This document shows positions 12,001-24,330 of a DNA stretch of 64,000 nucleotides, piece after piece (position 1 is the first letter of the stretch; the number at the start of each line of letters is the position of its first letter). The stretch is taken from NCBI RefSeq assembly GCF_004010195.1, contig NC_057718.1, forward strand, positions 57,584,660 to 57,648,659, written 5' to 3'. The stretch is from Chiloscyllium plagiosum. Its lineage: Eukaryota. A model generated the notes under the pieces. The model saw only the letters and a program-made list of their open reading frames with translations. It was not told the origin of the DNA and did no database searches. The translations under genes were made by a program, and so were the position numbers.

Positions 12001-12165
12001 AATAATTGCATGGTCATCTTTAGATATGTAATTGCAGGTTTATGTTTTTTAAAACTTCAATTCCATCACCTGCTGTGGCGGGATTCAAACCTGGGTCCCC
12101 AGATTAATGTTGCAGCATCATAGATTAATAGTATAGCCATAATACCACGAGGCCATTGGCTTCCC
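9002..12165 (-). mobile_element. Near full-length CR1-group LINE (APE + RT, frameshifted) with tRNA-like 5' head and no ORF1
   Basis: APE in ORF 11288-11710 (DIVILIKSYL, RGGSAVIY, TYHPPS) and TDHHTV in 11054-11236; RT in 10003-10467 (NYHPTSLFSII.KVME, QFRF, ALDIKAAF); QDLDNIQAWADKWQVTF in 9681-9875; A box 12144-12155, B box 12081-12091. Confidence 0.85.
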
Positions 12166-13000
12166 AGGGAAGTGAGAGATGCCTATATGAATGTAGAGGG
12201 TCTGTGCTAACTTCTCATTGACCAGAGAGAAGCAAGAGGAGAGTTCATGCCTCTGAGAGATTAACGGCATAGTGTGCAATCCACTACAAGCAGGTAGCTA
12301 TGGGAGCCACTAATGGCGAGATTCTCTATGAGAGCCTCTTGGTGAATGCCCAATAGCCTGGCAGGAGCCTCAACACCTTCATTCTGTGACGTACCCATCA
12401 GGAAGAACAAGAGGCTGGATGCTGTTCTCCTGGCACAATACTCCACCTGTCCAGATGAGAACAGCATGATGACTGCAAGAGAGACAACAGCAAGTGGAGG
12501 GGTTGGCATGCTAGTATTGCACTGAGGAAGGACAGCGGGTTAATATACCCCAAAACCATTGGCACTGGGTGATGTGGAATAGTTGAATGCCAGGTTGAGT
12601 CTTGCTGACCAGTGAGTGATGAGTGTTTGGTGCAATGTGTTGCATGAGATATTGATGTAGTGGATATAAATGTTTTTTTAAGCTGCATTCCTGAGTGACT
12701 TTTTATGGCACTGCTGCTGGATCCTCGGGCCCAGACCCAGACTCTCCAAAACAAAATTGGCTGGCCACCTGCTCCATTCCCTTCTAAGGATGCATCTTGA
12801 AGGCCTCCCTTCTCCTGTAGGAACAATCTCAAATCCTTTCAAATTCCTGACTAATAATTCTGGTGTCATATCAGAAATCCCATGATTACTCTCTTTTGTC
12901 TGTTGCTTTATATTCTGCACTTCTGCTTCTGTACAAGGCATGCCCAATCTGCAGCAGCTCTAGTAGGTTGTCCTTAAGAGATTCAGGCTGTCAATATGCT

Positions 13001-13323
13001 GGATGGCACAAAGGCTTTGAGGTTAGCACAGCTGCCTCACAGTGCCAGGGACCTGGGTTAGATTTCAATCATGGGCGACTCTTTGGAAAGTTTGCATATT
13101 CTCCCCATGACTGTGTGGGTTTCCTTTGGGTGCTCTAGTTTCTTCCCACAGTCCAAAGATATACAGTTAAGGTGGATTGGCCATGTTAAAATACCCCATA
13201 TTGTCTAGGAATGTGTACTAGTTGGATTTGCTATGGGGATTGTGGGATTATAGGGAAGGGGGGCTTTGGGTTGGATACTCTTAGGAGGGTCAGTATGGGC
13301 TTGATGGGCATAGGGATTCTATG
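13001..13323 (+). mobile_element. Older HE1-like SINE
   Basis: GGTTAGCACAGCTGCCTCACAGTGCCAGGGACC...TTTGCATATTCTCCCC...CAGTCCAAAGAT, a diverged copy of 21085-21400. Confidence 0.8.
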
Positions 13324-14869
13324 TGTCCTTAATTACACATGCTGCTGGGTCTCTTGTTGAGTATACAGTTAGTCAGCAGCATGACCTGTGAAATGAAGAT
13401 GAGAGACAGCATGGACATGCAGCTTGTTTCAGTGGAACTAGGTATGGGGTGAGAGTGCATTGTGATGCATGTACCAAAATGAAGCTTTTTCACTCTTCTT
13501 TTAAATGCTTGCAATGACAAAGAATGCTCCATCATGTCTCCAATGCAGATGCTGCACTTTCAACAAACACTTGGAGGTATAAGAGAACAACTTACCTTTA
13601 ATTATCTTCTTTGCAGAGAAATATTTGACTTCAAATTATTTACCCTTTAAGATTGCTCTGTTAAACTCAGCACCTTGGTAGCATGGCAACGTTAACCACT
13701 AAGGTAAACTTTGCTACCTCACTGTGCAGCATGTTAGCACACTGTAATGTGAGTTGAGATTAATTTACGATAAAAAGGAAATGTTACAAATCCTGAATAT
13801 ATACTTTTTAATTACTGTTTATCATATAGAAACATTTATATGTATATATGCCTATATGTTTGTGTGTACACAAGGTAGGAAATAAATAGTGATCTGAAAA
13901 TTCCATCTATATAGAATTCCTCATATATATTATAAAATTATTCTTCGTTTCCTGGAGCAACACGCACAAAGCAAGAATTATGTAATGTTGGAAGAGTGCC
14001 ATAGCTGGAGCCTGCAGTCTGGGTAAACAAATCCTCTGGATAATGGGCAAGTGTAACTTCCAGTTAACAAACCAAATTGGAACTTCAATAGATAGTATTT
14101 GACAGGGTGAGCTCTGAATGTCATCAACAGCAAACACAGGGAGCAATTTAGGGAAAGGAAAATCCAGCAAATCTCTCAGATACAACTTTTCTTAAACATA
14201 AGCACTCCTTAATCCTCATCAAATGTTTTAGTGAGCATAGGTCGACAACACATACTGTCAAGAATAAAAAGACCTAGTGTACCAGAAACAATACCCAGAT
14301 TTGTAAGGTCTATGTGTTTTAGTTCTGAAACAGGAGTCTGAGGAATTAAACAGCAACGTTGTCAAAATAATTATTTTCCTTCAAACATTGTGTAACAGTT
14401 TCTTGACCTGAGAATTTGACAGTTTGAACAGTTGAATTATACCTAAAAGTGTAGAAGTTTTTTGCAGAATTTGAAATAGTTTATGCTTCATAACAAAGAC
14501 ATGGTAGTTAACAAATGCTTATTTGGAAGACATCAATAAAAAGCCATCCAGGAGGAGTAACAGGGCAATGAAGAACTAGCAGAGCATTGTCTGGGATCTG
14601 CTGTTAGTTGACTAGTGCTATGGCAGAGGAATTTTCCTTAAACTTGCATCAGCAAATTTTGCAGCATCATCTACTTAGAACCGCAGCTTAATGAATTCAG
14701 AGTTGGGAATGATGCTGAGCTCATCCACTGAGATCATCATAAAACCTGTTTAAAGAGGTGATACAGTTGTTTGTGAACTGGCCACCATCTTGCAGAAGTT
14801 GAATCACAACTCTCAGACATCCTCCCTTATCTCCTTTCAACCACAACTTCATCACTGAATGTCAACAAT

Positions 14870-15120
14870 ATATTATGTTTATATAGCACTTTTAACACTG
14901 TATATGTACCCAGACTCTTTCCAGGAGGGTGTCAAACAAAAATTAACATTCAGTCACATATTAGATGGTTAATGCTTGGCCAAAGAGGTAGGTATTAAGG
15001 GCTTTGTTCTTAAAGAGGAAAGCATGGTATAGAGTTGAAGAGTCAGTTCCCAAGTCACCTGAGATCAATGACACAGGAGTAATGGCTGAACAAATTTTAT
15101 AGTAACCTAGAACAGAGTTT
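14870..15120 (-). mobile_element. L2 LINE 3' end remnant
   Basis: GCTTGGCCAAAGAGGTAGGTATTAAGG..TCTTAAAGAGGA is homologous to 58410-58455; TTTATATAGCAC terminus typical of L2 tails. Confidence 0.55.
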
Positions 15121-15149
15121 GGATGTTCTGAAGTCGAGGGTAGAATGTT

Positions 15150-15970
15150 GGAAGGATTATTTCCCATATTATTACTGACCTCTCTTTTCTGGAAATATTC
15201 CCATCCCATTGTATTGTCTACAATATCATAATCCTGCAACACAACAATGCATTTCTATCTCCTTCCTAGAAACCACAAACAGGCTTGCCCTGGTAGATTT
15301 ATTGTTTCAGTTTGGTTGTATTCTATGGAACTAATTTCTTCCTATTTTGACTATTTCTTCCTCTCTTCTCCAGTCTCTTCCCACCTACATCCATAGCTCT
15401 TCTAAGAGCCTACAATATTTTCACAGTTTCCAGCCTGCTAGCTCTAACTGTTTCCTTCTTCCCCTGAAGGTCCATTCTATTGAGACGTCCACTCCCCACC
15501 AGGGACATCTAAGGAGTACCTGCCTCTTTAATGAATAAGATCTGACCAGTGGCCATCCACTGCCACCTCCTCCACTTGGTTGAATTTGTTTATACATGAC
15601 TTCACTCTCTTCCTCCAAATAAAAGCTGCCGTTAGTGAAATCTGTATTGGTGCTGGCTACATATACCTTTTCATACGATCTGTGGAACATTCTTTGTTCT
15701 GTTCCTACTCAGGATGGCCTCCCTCTGCTCTTTCTCTGGAATATTGATGACTCTAATGGTATTGAGACCTGCTGACTGGTAAACTGGAAAACATCATCAA
15801 CAATTCATCCTATTTCAAACTCTCCCACACAGTCATATTGTGAATTTCAGACTCTTTCTTGCTTTTCCTTTCTCTCGTGCTTTTTCTGGAATTCAGCTAT
15901 CAACAATATCCATTATAATCCTAATGACTGTCTCAGTTACATTGACTACACTACCTTCCACCTGGCTTGT
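15150..15970 (+). mobile_element. PLE reverse transcriptase remnant
   Basis: ORF 15347-15538 LLQSLPTYIHSSS...STPHQGHL; downstream DYTTFHLAC-like motif near 15940-15970. Confidence 0.65.
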
Positions 15971-16003
15971 AGCCTGTGGCATATGAAGGTGATTCACAGA
16001 GGC

Positions 16004-16536
16004 AGAGTTAGAGTCATACAGCACAGAAACAGACCCCTTGGTCCATGCTGACCATAATCCTAAACTAAACTAAACTAGTCTCACCTGCTTGCACTTGGCC
16101 CATATCCTTCCAAATGTTTCATATTCATGTACTTTTTCAAATGTCTTATAAACATTGTAACTGTGCCAGCAAACACCACATCCTCTGGAAGTTCATTCTG
16201 CACATGAACCACTCTGTGTAAAATAACTTGCCTCCCTCTGATGTCTTTTTTTTTTAAATTTTGCTCCTCTCACCTTAAAAATGGGCCCCATTCTTGAAAC
16301 CTCCCACTGTAGGAAAAAGACACCTGCCATCCACCTTATCTATGCCCTTTATTATTACAAACCTCCTATAAGGTCAACTTCCTAAACCTCAGTGAAAAAG
16401 ATCCCAGCTTGTCCAGCCTCTCCTTATAACTTAAACCCTCCATTCCTGGCAACATCCTGCATCCTAAACTCCACCTGCCACTCTTCGGCCCACTGACCCA
16501 ATCGATCAAGTAACTTTAGATAACCTTCTTCACTGT
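16004..16536 (-). mobile_element. CR1 LINE 3' fragment with internal deletions
   Basis: Reverse complement of the CR1 3' end at 40190-40392 (TAGTTTAGTTT.GGATTATG, GGACC.A.GGGTCTGTT). Confidence 0.8.
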
Positions 16537-17017
16537 ATGTTCTTCACTTTCATATTCACGCATGCGATGCCAGTGAACTTATTGCGGCTCTGATTCTAGG
16601 TCCTTATGGCTTGACCCCTGGCATTACCCATGATAGCTGCTGGTCTTATTGCCTTCTAAGAGTTTTTGGTGGGCCCCTGCAGTAGATATAACATCTCTCC
16701 TTTCAGCTCCCCAACAACCTAGGTTTCCAATATACTTTTGGGATATGTTGGGAGCTCGCACACTGCCATGTTATGCCATAATTCACTCTTCTTTTTGTTT
16801 ATACTGTCTTCTATAATCATTTCCAGCAACAACACCAGTCAGATTAAAGCTTCCCTTTAAAAAGTGCAGCCTAGTTTTCAGGAGTGCAGGCTATCTTGAA
16901 CTCGTGCTGATTTCTCTCGATTTTACGACCCCGGTGGAGTTATGCAACCACTCATCTTAGAGCTAGTAGTACCCTACAATTATCTGAAGGAGGCAGCACT
17001 AAGTGGCCACAGTATTC

Positions 17018-17130
17018 TGAGTTCTGAAGAGTCATGCAGGACTCTAAGGTAACACTGTTTTTCTCTCCACAGATGCTGTCAGACCTGCTGAGTTTCTGTT
17101 TGAATTTGAAAGTACCTTGGATTTGTTTTC
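17018..17130 (+). mobile_element. Decayed PLE terminal fragment (subfamily 2)
   Basis: GAGTTCTGAAGA.GTC...GAC...CTCCACAGATGCTGTCAGACCTGCTGAGTTTC. Confidence 0.65.
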
Positions 17131-17851
17131 TGTGAAGATTAGGCTCTGAAATTTTAAATGGAGAGCATTCCTGTTCCTCTTTCATGGGCATTTCCACTTT
17201 GGTATCAGGAAATAGAGCACTACTTCCTTCTCCATACTATGCAACACCAAACAATGTTGCAAAACATTTTTGGACCAGAGATGCACTCCTCATTAAACTG
17301 TTAGTGAAGAATGTTAAGAGGTTACACCAAAACAGCAAGCTCCTTGTCAGTGGTGGGTTTAATGTTGAGAATGTGTACTGAATAAAATATGCGAGCTGAG
17401 CCCGCAAGATTTGATGGGTCTGGTTAACAAATTGGGAAAGAATCATCTGTATACTCAGATTCGAATAGGGTTACGCATTTGTTTGTTTGCCTTGCTTAGT
17501 TATTTTGTTTTACAGTAGAATAGTATCCTGTAAATTGGAGTAAAGCCACTGCATTGGAATGGAGTTCTCAGATGACAGAATGGAGACATTGGCCTGGATT
17601 TTAATGGAAGCCACAGAGACTCCAAAATGGTGGCCGGACCCTGGACTTGGAAGCCCTGGAAAATCCCAACTTTACCAGGAGGGAAGGTCAGGTAGGTGTG
17701 GGTGAGTGGATGACGGGTTTTGATATCTGATTAACATGGTGGAAACCCAACTTAGCTTGGTCATTTGAACTCAGTGCTAAGTTTAAAGATACCCCATTTT
17801 TGCTACAGCAAGGGCCTCAACCTTTAGCATGACGTAAACCCAGGCAAATAG

Positions 17852-18474
17852 TGCGGTGAAGAAGGCATATGGCGTACTGGCTTTTATTGGTAGAGGAATT
17901 GAGTTCCGGAGTCCTGAGGTCATGTTGCAGTTGTATAAGACTCTGGTGCGGCCACATCTGGAGTATTGTGTGCAATTTTGGTCGCCATACTATAGGAAGG
18001 ATGTGGAGGCACTGGAACGGGTGAAGAGGAGGTTTACCAGGATGTTGCCTGGTATGGTAGAAAGATCGTATGAGGAAAGGCGGAGGCACTTGGGGTTGTT
18101 TTCATTGGAGAAAAGAAGGTTTAGGGGTGACTTGATAGAGGTTTACAAGATGATTAGGGGTTTAGATAGGGTTGACCGTGAGAACCTTTTTCCATGTATG
18201 GAGTCAGCTATTACGAGGGGGCATAGCTTTAGATTAAGGGTTGGTAGGTATAGGACAGATGTTAGGGGTAGGTTCTTTACTCAGCGAGTCGTGAGTTCAT
18301 GGAATGCCCTGCCAGTAGCAGTGGTGGACTCTCCCTCATTATGGCATTTAAGTGGGCATTGGATAGGCATATGGAGGATAGTGGGCTAGTGTAGGTTAGG
18401 TGGGCTTGGATCGGTGCAACATCGAGGGCCGAAGGGCCTGTACTGCGCTGTATTCTTCTATGTTCTATGTTCTA
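17852..18474 (+). mobile_element. Young CR1 LINE 3' fragment
   Basis: ORF 17856-18389 LQLYKTLVRPHLEYCVQFWSP...RGDLIEVYK...TRGH..., 3' stem-loop GGGCCGAAGGGCCT and (TTCTATG)n tail; CpGs retained. Confidence 0.95.
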
Positions 18475-20103
18475 AACAAACATTCAGAGAAGTAGTAAAA
18501 GGATGGATAGCATTTCTTGAACAATCAAGTTGTCCGGTTATTTACATATGCAACCTTTTAAATGTGAGAGTCAAGATAAAATGCCCAAAAAAGTTACAAT
18601 TGCTGTTGATAATATAATCCCAATACTATCATTCCATTATTATTAATGCTTGGTTGCTTTACAACCTATCAATACTTCAGTTAGGGTACTGTTTCACATT
18701 TTGATGGACAGCTCCAAGAAATTATTAAATGATTAATTACATTTGTTTTGTACCTGTCACTTGATTTTATTAGAGGTTTGGTGTTTGAGGATCTTTCATT
18801 TGCCCTTTAATGAATGAGAGTGTTTTAATGTAATGTGGGCTGTAATGGATGTTTAAGCCTATAATTTATTTCATCTCAACAAAGTTCCTGAGGTTTGACT
18901 TAGTGAACATTAGGCAAATTGAGAGAAGAAATGAGGGCAAAATGAATTTCCAACTTGAAATGGAGGTATAAGGGACCATGGGGTGGATGGGGCAAGTGTT
19001 GGCATTAAGCTGGCACAATAGCTAGACGAGCTAATGATGTCAGTGATGAGACTACAGGGACTAATATTCAACAAAGCAAATGAGACAAAGTCCAAGATAA
19101 CCAAGATGGGCCTTTTTAACAGACCACCTCAGTAGCCAGCAGTCCCTGTGGCCTCCTCTGATCTGCTTCTGTGGAGGGGGGGGGCACGCCCGATTCTATC
19201 CTACACCATACTTCCCTCCAACCCCCGAAAATAAAGATCCTCACATTTGACATTTAGCTGAGAATTGCTGGAAGATGGAGTAGCGAGACAGAGATTTTCC
19301 CAACTAGCAGTATCTAACTCAGGAGTGAACATCTGGTTGACTACATTTGTGGATAAACCCCATCAATCTAATATCCCACAGACACTGGAGGAGTCGTTCT
19401 AATCCACTTCACCTTGAACACTAATTTACAAAAAATGGAAAATGCAAAGGTTTAGGTTTTCAATAAAACACAGATGAGATGTTCGTATTCATGAGGAATG
19501 AATTACATACTCGATTAAATTTATATAATTATTGTTTTCAAGATTAGCTTAAGGATAAGTTTGGTGTATGCTTTTAATCAACCCATTGTCACCATGTCTC
19601 CATGGTATGATGCTACATTCGGAACAGAATCTTTTATGGAATAGTTGCCTCCAGCACTTCATGTGTAACCTGATGTAACATTTTCCACAAGATAGTTAAA
19701 ACTCATAATTCCTCCTCCTTTAGAAAGATGATTTAAATTTTAAGTTAGCTGCAGTTTTTGAATTTTCAATTAACATGAGATTTGTGCAGTTAGCTTCACA
19801 AATTACTAGGATACCGATAAATAAAGAAAGAAAAAAGGTCACATTATAAGGTCATAAACTAATCTATAAGCTACATCTGCTTCTCCTTATTCTTAAATTA
19901 TTCAAAATGGCATCAAATTGTGGCAACAAATGAAAGCTTTTCACTATATTTTGTTGTATTCTGACTATAAAATGCATGTGACAATATCATTCATTCATTA
20001 ACAATCTGTCATTTTTATTTATAAATTTATTTCAGTCTTTATCGTAGCTGGATAATAATTGGTTCATTCTATGCTTTTTCGTTGAGTATTTTCAATTATA
20101 ACC

Positions 20104-20640
20104 AGGTGGCTCAGTTGGTAACACATTTGCCTCTGAATTATATAAAAAGTTCCAGAAGGGCTTTTGTAGTGCCATGGTCATGTCCCTGCCTCTGCACCAG
20201 GAGGCCCAGATTTGTGTCCCACCTACTCCAGGAGTGTATAATCTCTGTAGTGGTTCAGTAGAAAATGTATATGAAGTTGCAGGCTGAAGTTCCATTGTAG
20301 GGTTTTAAGAACAAAAATCAAGGTTGACGTTCTAGCACAGAACTATGGAGAATTGCACTGTCTGATATGCAATGGGTCTTTTAAATTGAGGTCCCTTCTG
20401 GCTGCTTCCATCTATAAAAGATCCAGTAGCACAATTTTGAAGAAAAGCAGGGCAGTTATCCTCAGTTTCTTGGCCAATATTTGTCCCTCAATCAGCATCA
20501 CAAAAAGTAGATAATCTGGTCATTATCATCTTGCTGTTTGTGGGAATTAGGGTTAGTACACTTTAAAAAAATATTTAACTGTGTGTAAAACATCACTGGT
20601 GATCAGTATCAACACTGTACAAGTGCAATTATTTATCTTG
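20104..20640 (+). mobile_element. DeuSINE (SacSINE1/AmnSINE1-related) with a nested short SINE
   Basis: A box GGTGGCTCAGTTGG; Deu-domain-like GAAGAAAAGCAGGGCAGTT..TGGCCAATATTTGTCCCTCAA..CATCAC..AGATAATCTGGTCATTATCA..TTGCTGTTTGTGGGA at ~20439-20545. Confidence 0.75.
20158..20270 (+). mobile_element. Short (~110 bp) tRNA-derived SINE nested in the DeuSINE head
   Basis: Aligns to the reverse complement of 36536-36646 (GGGCT.TTGT..TGC..TGGT..TGTCCCT.C.TCTG.ACC.GGAGGC...GTCCCACCT..TCCAG). Confidence 0.7.
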
Positions 20641-21084
20641 CATTTCTTAAATAAGCAAGACACAGAGAAGCCTTTAGACTACACCAGCTTAGGAACTTTC
20701 TCTGTTCTCTGTAATAAAAAAGGTACATTAAGCCTGAAGTAAATCGGTGTTTTTCTTTTCTTCAACAGTTGCTATAAGCTGTGACATTTAATTGATATGT
20801 CAGAGATATTTTATAGGTGAAACAGCCACACTGTGCCTCTTGTAAACCAGTCGGAGCATCCAGGGAAGGACTGAGAAGCAAACTGACCAGCACAAGAATT
20901 GTTGGAGTCATCTTAGCAATCCAAGAACCAGTGAACTGCTTTACCTCTCTGTTCCTAACCTGTTTGATTTTGTTTATGTGTTTGTTTGTTTGTTTGTTTG
21001 TATTTGTGTAAGGGAGAGCTTTAATTAGTAGACTTACTTGCCACAGTTCGTAAATAGCTAATTTATAGCTAGAGTCTAATTAGT

Positions 21085-21400
21085 GGGCGGCACGGTGGCA
21101 CAGTGGTTAGCACTGCTGCCTCACAGCGCCAGAGACCCGGGTTCAATTCCCGCCTCAGGTGACTGACTGTGTGGAGTTTGCACGTTCTCCCAGTGTCTGC
21201 GTGGGTTTCCTCCGGGTGCTCCGATTTCCTCCCATAGTCCAAAGATGTGCAGGTCAGGTGAATTGGCCATGCTAAATTGTCCATAGTGTTAGGTAAGGGG
21301 TAAATGTAGGGGTATGGGTGGGTTGCGCTTCGGCGGGGCAGTGTGGACTTGTTGGGCCGAAGGGCCTGTTTCCACATTGTAAGTAATCTAATCTAATCTA
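21085..21400 (+). mobile_element. HE1/V-SINE-type tRNA-derived SINE (young)
   Basis: A box, GGTTCAATTCC B box, CR1-like 3' stem-loop, (ATCTA)n tail. Confidence 0.92.
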
Positions 21401-21589
21401 ATTTATAATAAACAGTCATGTTGTTACGTACAGAAACCTGGTCCATACTTTATCAACCTGGATTCAAAGCACGGGTAATTAGGGGGATTTTGAATACTTT
21501 TTACAATCTTTAACTTTTGTGACTTTGGAAACAGCATTTCACTACCCCTTAGATTTACAAAGTGTGGGACATGGGAATTTGTTCAGGAA

Positions 21590-22475
21590 TGTAAAAGGAT
21601 AATTCAGCTTAGGTGTTACAGAGGCAAGGTAATGCTTCATCAGCAGAGGCAATGTACAGTTGGGCAATATTACAGACTGAAACTAGGTTATCTTAGTTAT
21701 TTGAAGAAGGTGTAGTTGCATGCTTATGTCAAATATGTGAACATTGTTGTTCAGCCTCTGTCAATTGCCAAGGAAATGGATAGAGTCACTGGTTAAGGAA
21801 TAGAGGAGAACTTAAGTGCAGGCTTCTATCTTTATTTAGTTGGAGGAAATTTCAGTTTATCCAGTACTGAATGGCACACAAGCAATCTGATGATTTAGAG
21901 AGAGGAGGGGCTGAATGAGGTATTTGTGAGATAAAGCTGAAAATAGTCAGTACACACATTGAATGCCATACTGTGTTCTTACAAGATGTTGCCAAGGCCA
22001 GCGTGCAGACAAGAAATTGGAGAGGTAAAGGGTAGATCCAGAATTAATGATTTGAGAGTGGGAAGAGTATTCATCGTTAGTGATTCTTCAGTTATTAATG
22101 GATTGGTAAAAAGGTATCAGATAAGTGTAGTCCCATCTATCTGGAGAGCTGTTGGGTTAGGAAAATATGATTAACCATACTGAAGGTTCAAGACAGATTA
22201 AGACGCAAGAGGAGGGATAACTTATTTTTCTCACAGTCACAAAGGACGCCACTTGTGATTTTTATAAAACATTTGGTACTGCATGGGAATAAGAATGCAA
22301 ACTTGCTCGAGGAAAGATAGGCATGAATTTTGGAAGTGACAGCAAACTTACGGACTGGAGAGACAAAATGGAGGCTGCGGGGACAGAAAGCTTAAGGGTT
22401 GGTTTTTGAACAGAAGGATGATGAGGGACTACATGAAGGACAAGGGAACTGTGCCTAAACAGCCAGAACTATTAT
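21590..22475 (-). mobile_element. L2 LINE RT remnant (old)
   Basis: Purine-rich plus strand with L2-type antisense motifs (TTTTTGAACAGAAGGATGATGAGGG, GCTGAAAATAGTCAG.A.ACA, ATTTAGTTGGAGGAAATT); heavily decayed. Confidence 0.55.
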
Positions 22476-22499
22476 GGAGGTCACAGATGATTTTTTTGA

Positions 22500-24330
22500 C
22501 TCCATTGCACTCAATAAGTATATGCTCAGATCCAAATAAAATAAGGAACGTGAAAGTCATGCCAAATCAAGACAAGGATGATTTTTGAAGATATCTAGGT
22601 CTCTTTAATTTCTTGCCATTGTAAATTCCCAATTATGCCTAAAAGTCTTCACTCCTAATTGTTAGAGGATTTACCTCTCCTATAGAACCGGGGAAAGGAA
22701 TGCAGTCACTGGCTAAGGAACAGAGGAGAATTTAAGCTGTTGGCTTCCACCTTCCCAATATTTAGTTCTTCGAAGCACTGAAACATTCTCTATCATTGCA
22801 TAAGGTTGTAATTTTATGACCCTAGGAAGACAACTACCCAGAGACAGATGCTTCACAGAAAGGTCTGAGAGTACGGATACTACAAAGGCCAAACACCTTG
22901 CTTTTGCTTCTGTATACAGCACAATTTAACTAATCAAACACTGAGCAGGAAACATTAGTTTCATTTTCTGGAATCATGCATTTTCACACCCATCTATTCA
23001 GCAAGAAATTTATGCTAGAGATCAACCACAAGTCACTGGAGATGACTTTGGTGAAAGCCATTGACAATGCATGATCAACATTGCAGTGCCTCCTGATAAA
23101 GATCCAAGTCTATGAGCGTGAGATTAGGCACAAACTTCATAGTCACATTGGATACTTAGCAGCCAGCTATCCTGGTGAAAACAGAAGATATCTCCTTGGA
23201 TCTGCAATTTGACTTCATTGACATCAAACTTTAAGAAGTTTTCCAAATTGAGCTCATGCATTTTACACAACAACAATGCCAACATCCATGGGAAGATACA
23301 GAAAGGGATTCCACACACAGTAATGATGGAAAAATATTATTGAAGAATAGTCAGATTCAATTCAGCAAGTCCACCAACATGAGAGTATATTGGCCTTTTT
23401 GGAATGAACTAAGTATCTCCCTAAGAGTCATTTTTAAAGGAAGACGTCATCATACTAGAATCTTTGTGAGATGATATTCTCAACAACTTCATCACTCTCA
23501 AACAGGCATAGACTAGACAAGACAACCTGCAAGAAAATCAGTACATTGGCTGGATATCACTAGTAGCAACATCCAAGTCCCTGTTACGTTTTCAAGGACA
23601 TCTATCAAGTTAGTACAAGGAATTATTGATAGCACATGAAATCCTTTCCCATCCTTGGTTCAAAATTGTATTTGACCTTTTTCATGTCCATGGAATGATT
23701 ACATCTATGATTAAAGTGCCCAGTCATTCATCAATTCCGCGTTAATCAAGTACAAGTGTCTCATACACACACTTATCTCTATATTTATTCAGGGGGAATC
23801 ATTAAGGACAATGGTCTGAAACCTAGTGGTGAGCCATTCCAGGGCCTGAATGGGAAATGGAGTAATGATCACACTACTTTTTCTTCACATTATTCCAGGT
23901 CCAACGGTCTAGATGAATGCATGGTCACAAATCTGATCCTCAAATGCAGACGAACCAAGCAAGGTCTACACATTGCAATGTTACACTTGAGAATATCACC
24001 TCTGAGTGCAATCATTTCATCATTGGCAGAGCTCATGTTTGGCAGATCAATGCATACCATCTACTGACTCATACCTAAAGTATTCTTTTTTGACGTGAGA
24101 GAAATTTATAAATCTGTAAGAGAAGATGACAAACATGCGTGATAAAATTGTGAATACAGAATTCTCAAAATTACAAGTGGGACCAGAAGTTCCTTTCAGG
24201 GTCGCTTAGAGCTTGCATTACAACCAGCCAAGGTGACAGTAACGTGCTCTGAGTTGCAATCTTATGAGGTCGATGCACACATGGGCACAACAGTGTAAAA
24301 GAACAGAGGACGGATCAAGTCTGTCCCAGT
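22500..24330 (+). mobile_element. Ty3/Gypsy LTR-retrotransposon pol remnant (RT linker, RNase H, integrase)
   Basis: SDPNKI..V..MP...YLGLFNFL; RNase H-like NTEQETL..HFHTHLF..F..EINHKSLEM (~22945-23045); LHHSQTGI..ARKSVHW; HPWFKI.FDLF; ORF 23756-24067 DNG...SSHYSRSNGL...AELMFGR. Order RT-RH-IN. Confidence 0.8.

Noticed and set aside
12200..13560. Continuation of the 8780 Harbinger element beyond the LINE
   Set aside because: Only faint motif resemblance; too decayed to support.
13678..13691. RFX X-box-like GGTAGCATGGCAAC and nearby splice-like signals
   Set aside because: Imperfect single motif, and the candidate exons have stops in all frames.
21085..21160. tRNA gene
   Set aside because: The A/B boxes belong to a multi-copy SINE head that continues into SINE body and tail.
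20650..21560. Possible solo LTR around the SINE (similar impression at ~4640-5090 and ~7300-7720)
   Set aside because: No second copy, clear TG...CA ends or TSD could be shown within the window.
22690..22768. Apparent local duplication of 21772-21842 inside the Gypsy remnant
   Set aside because: Both are diverged L2-type fragments; independent insertion explains it as well as duplication does.
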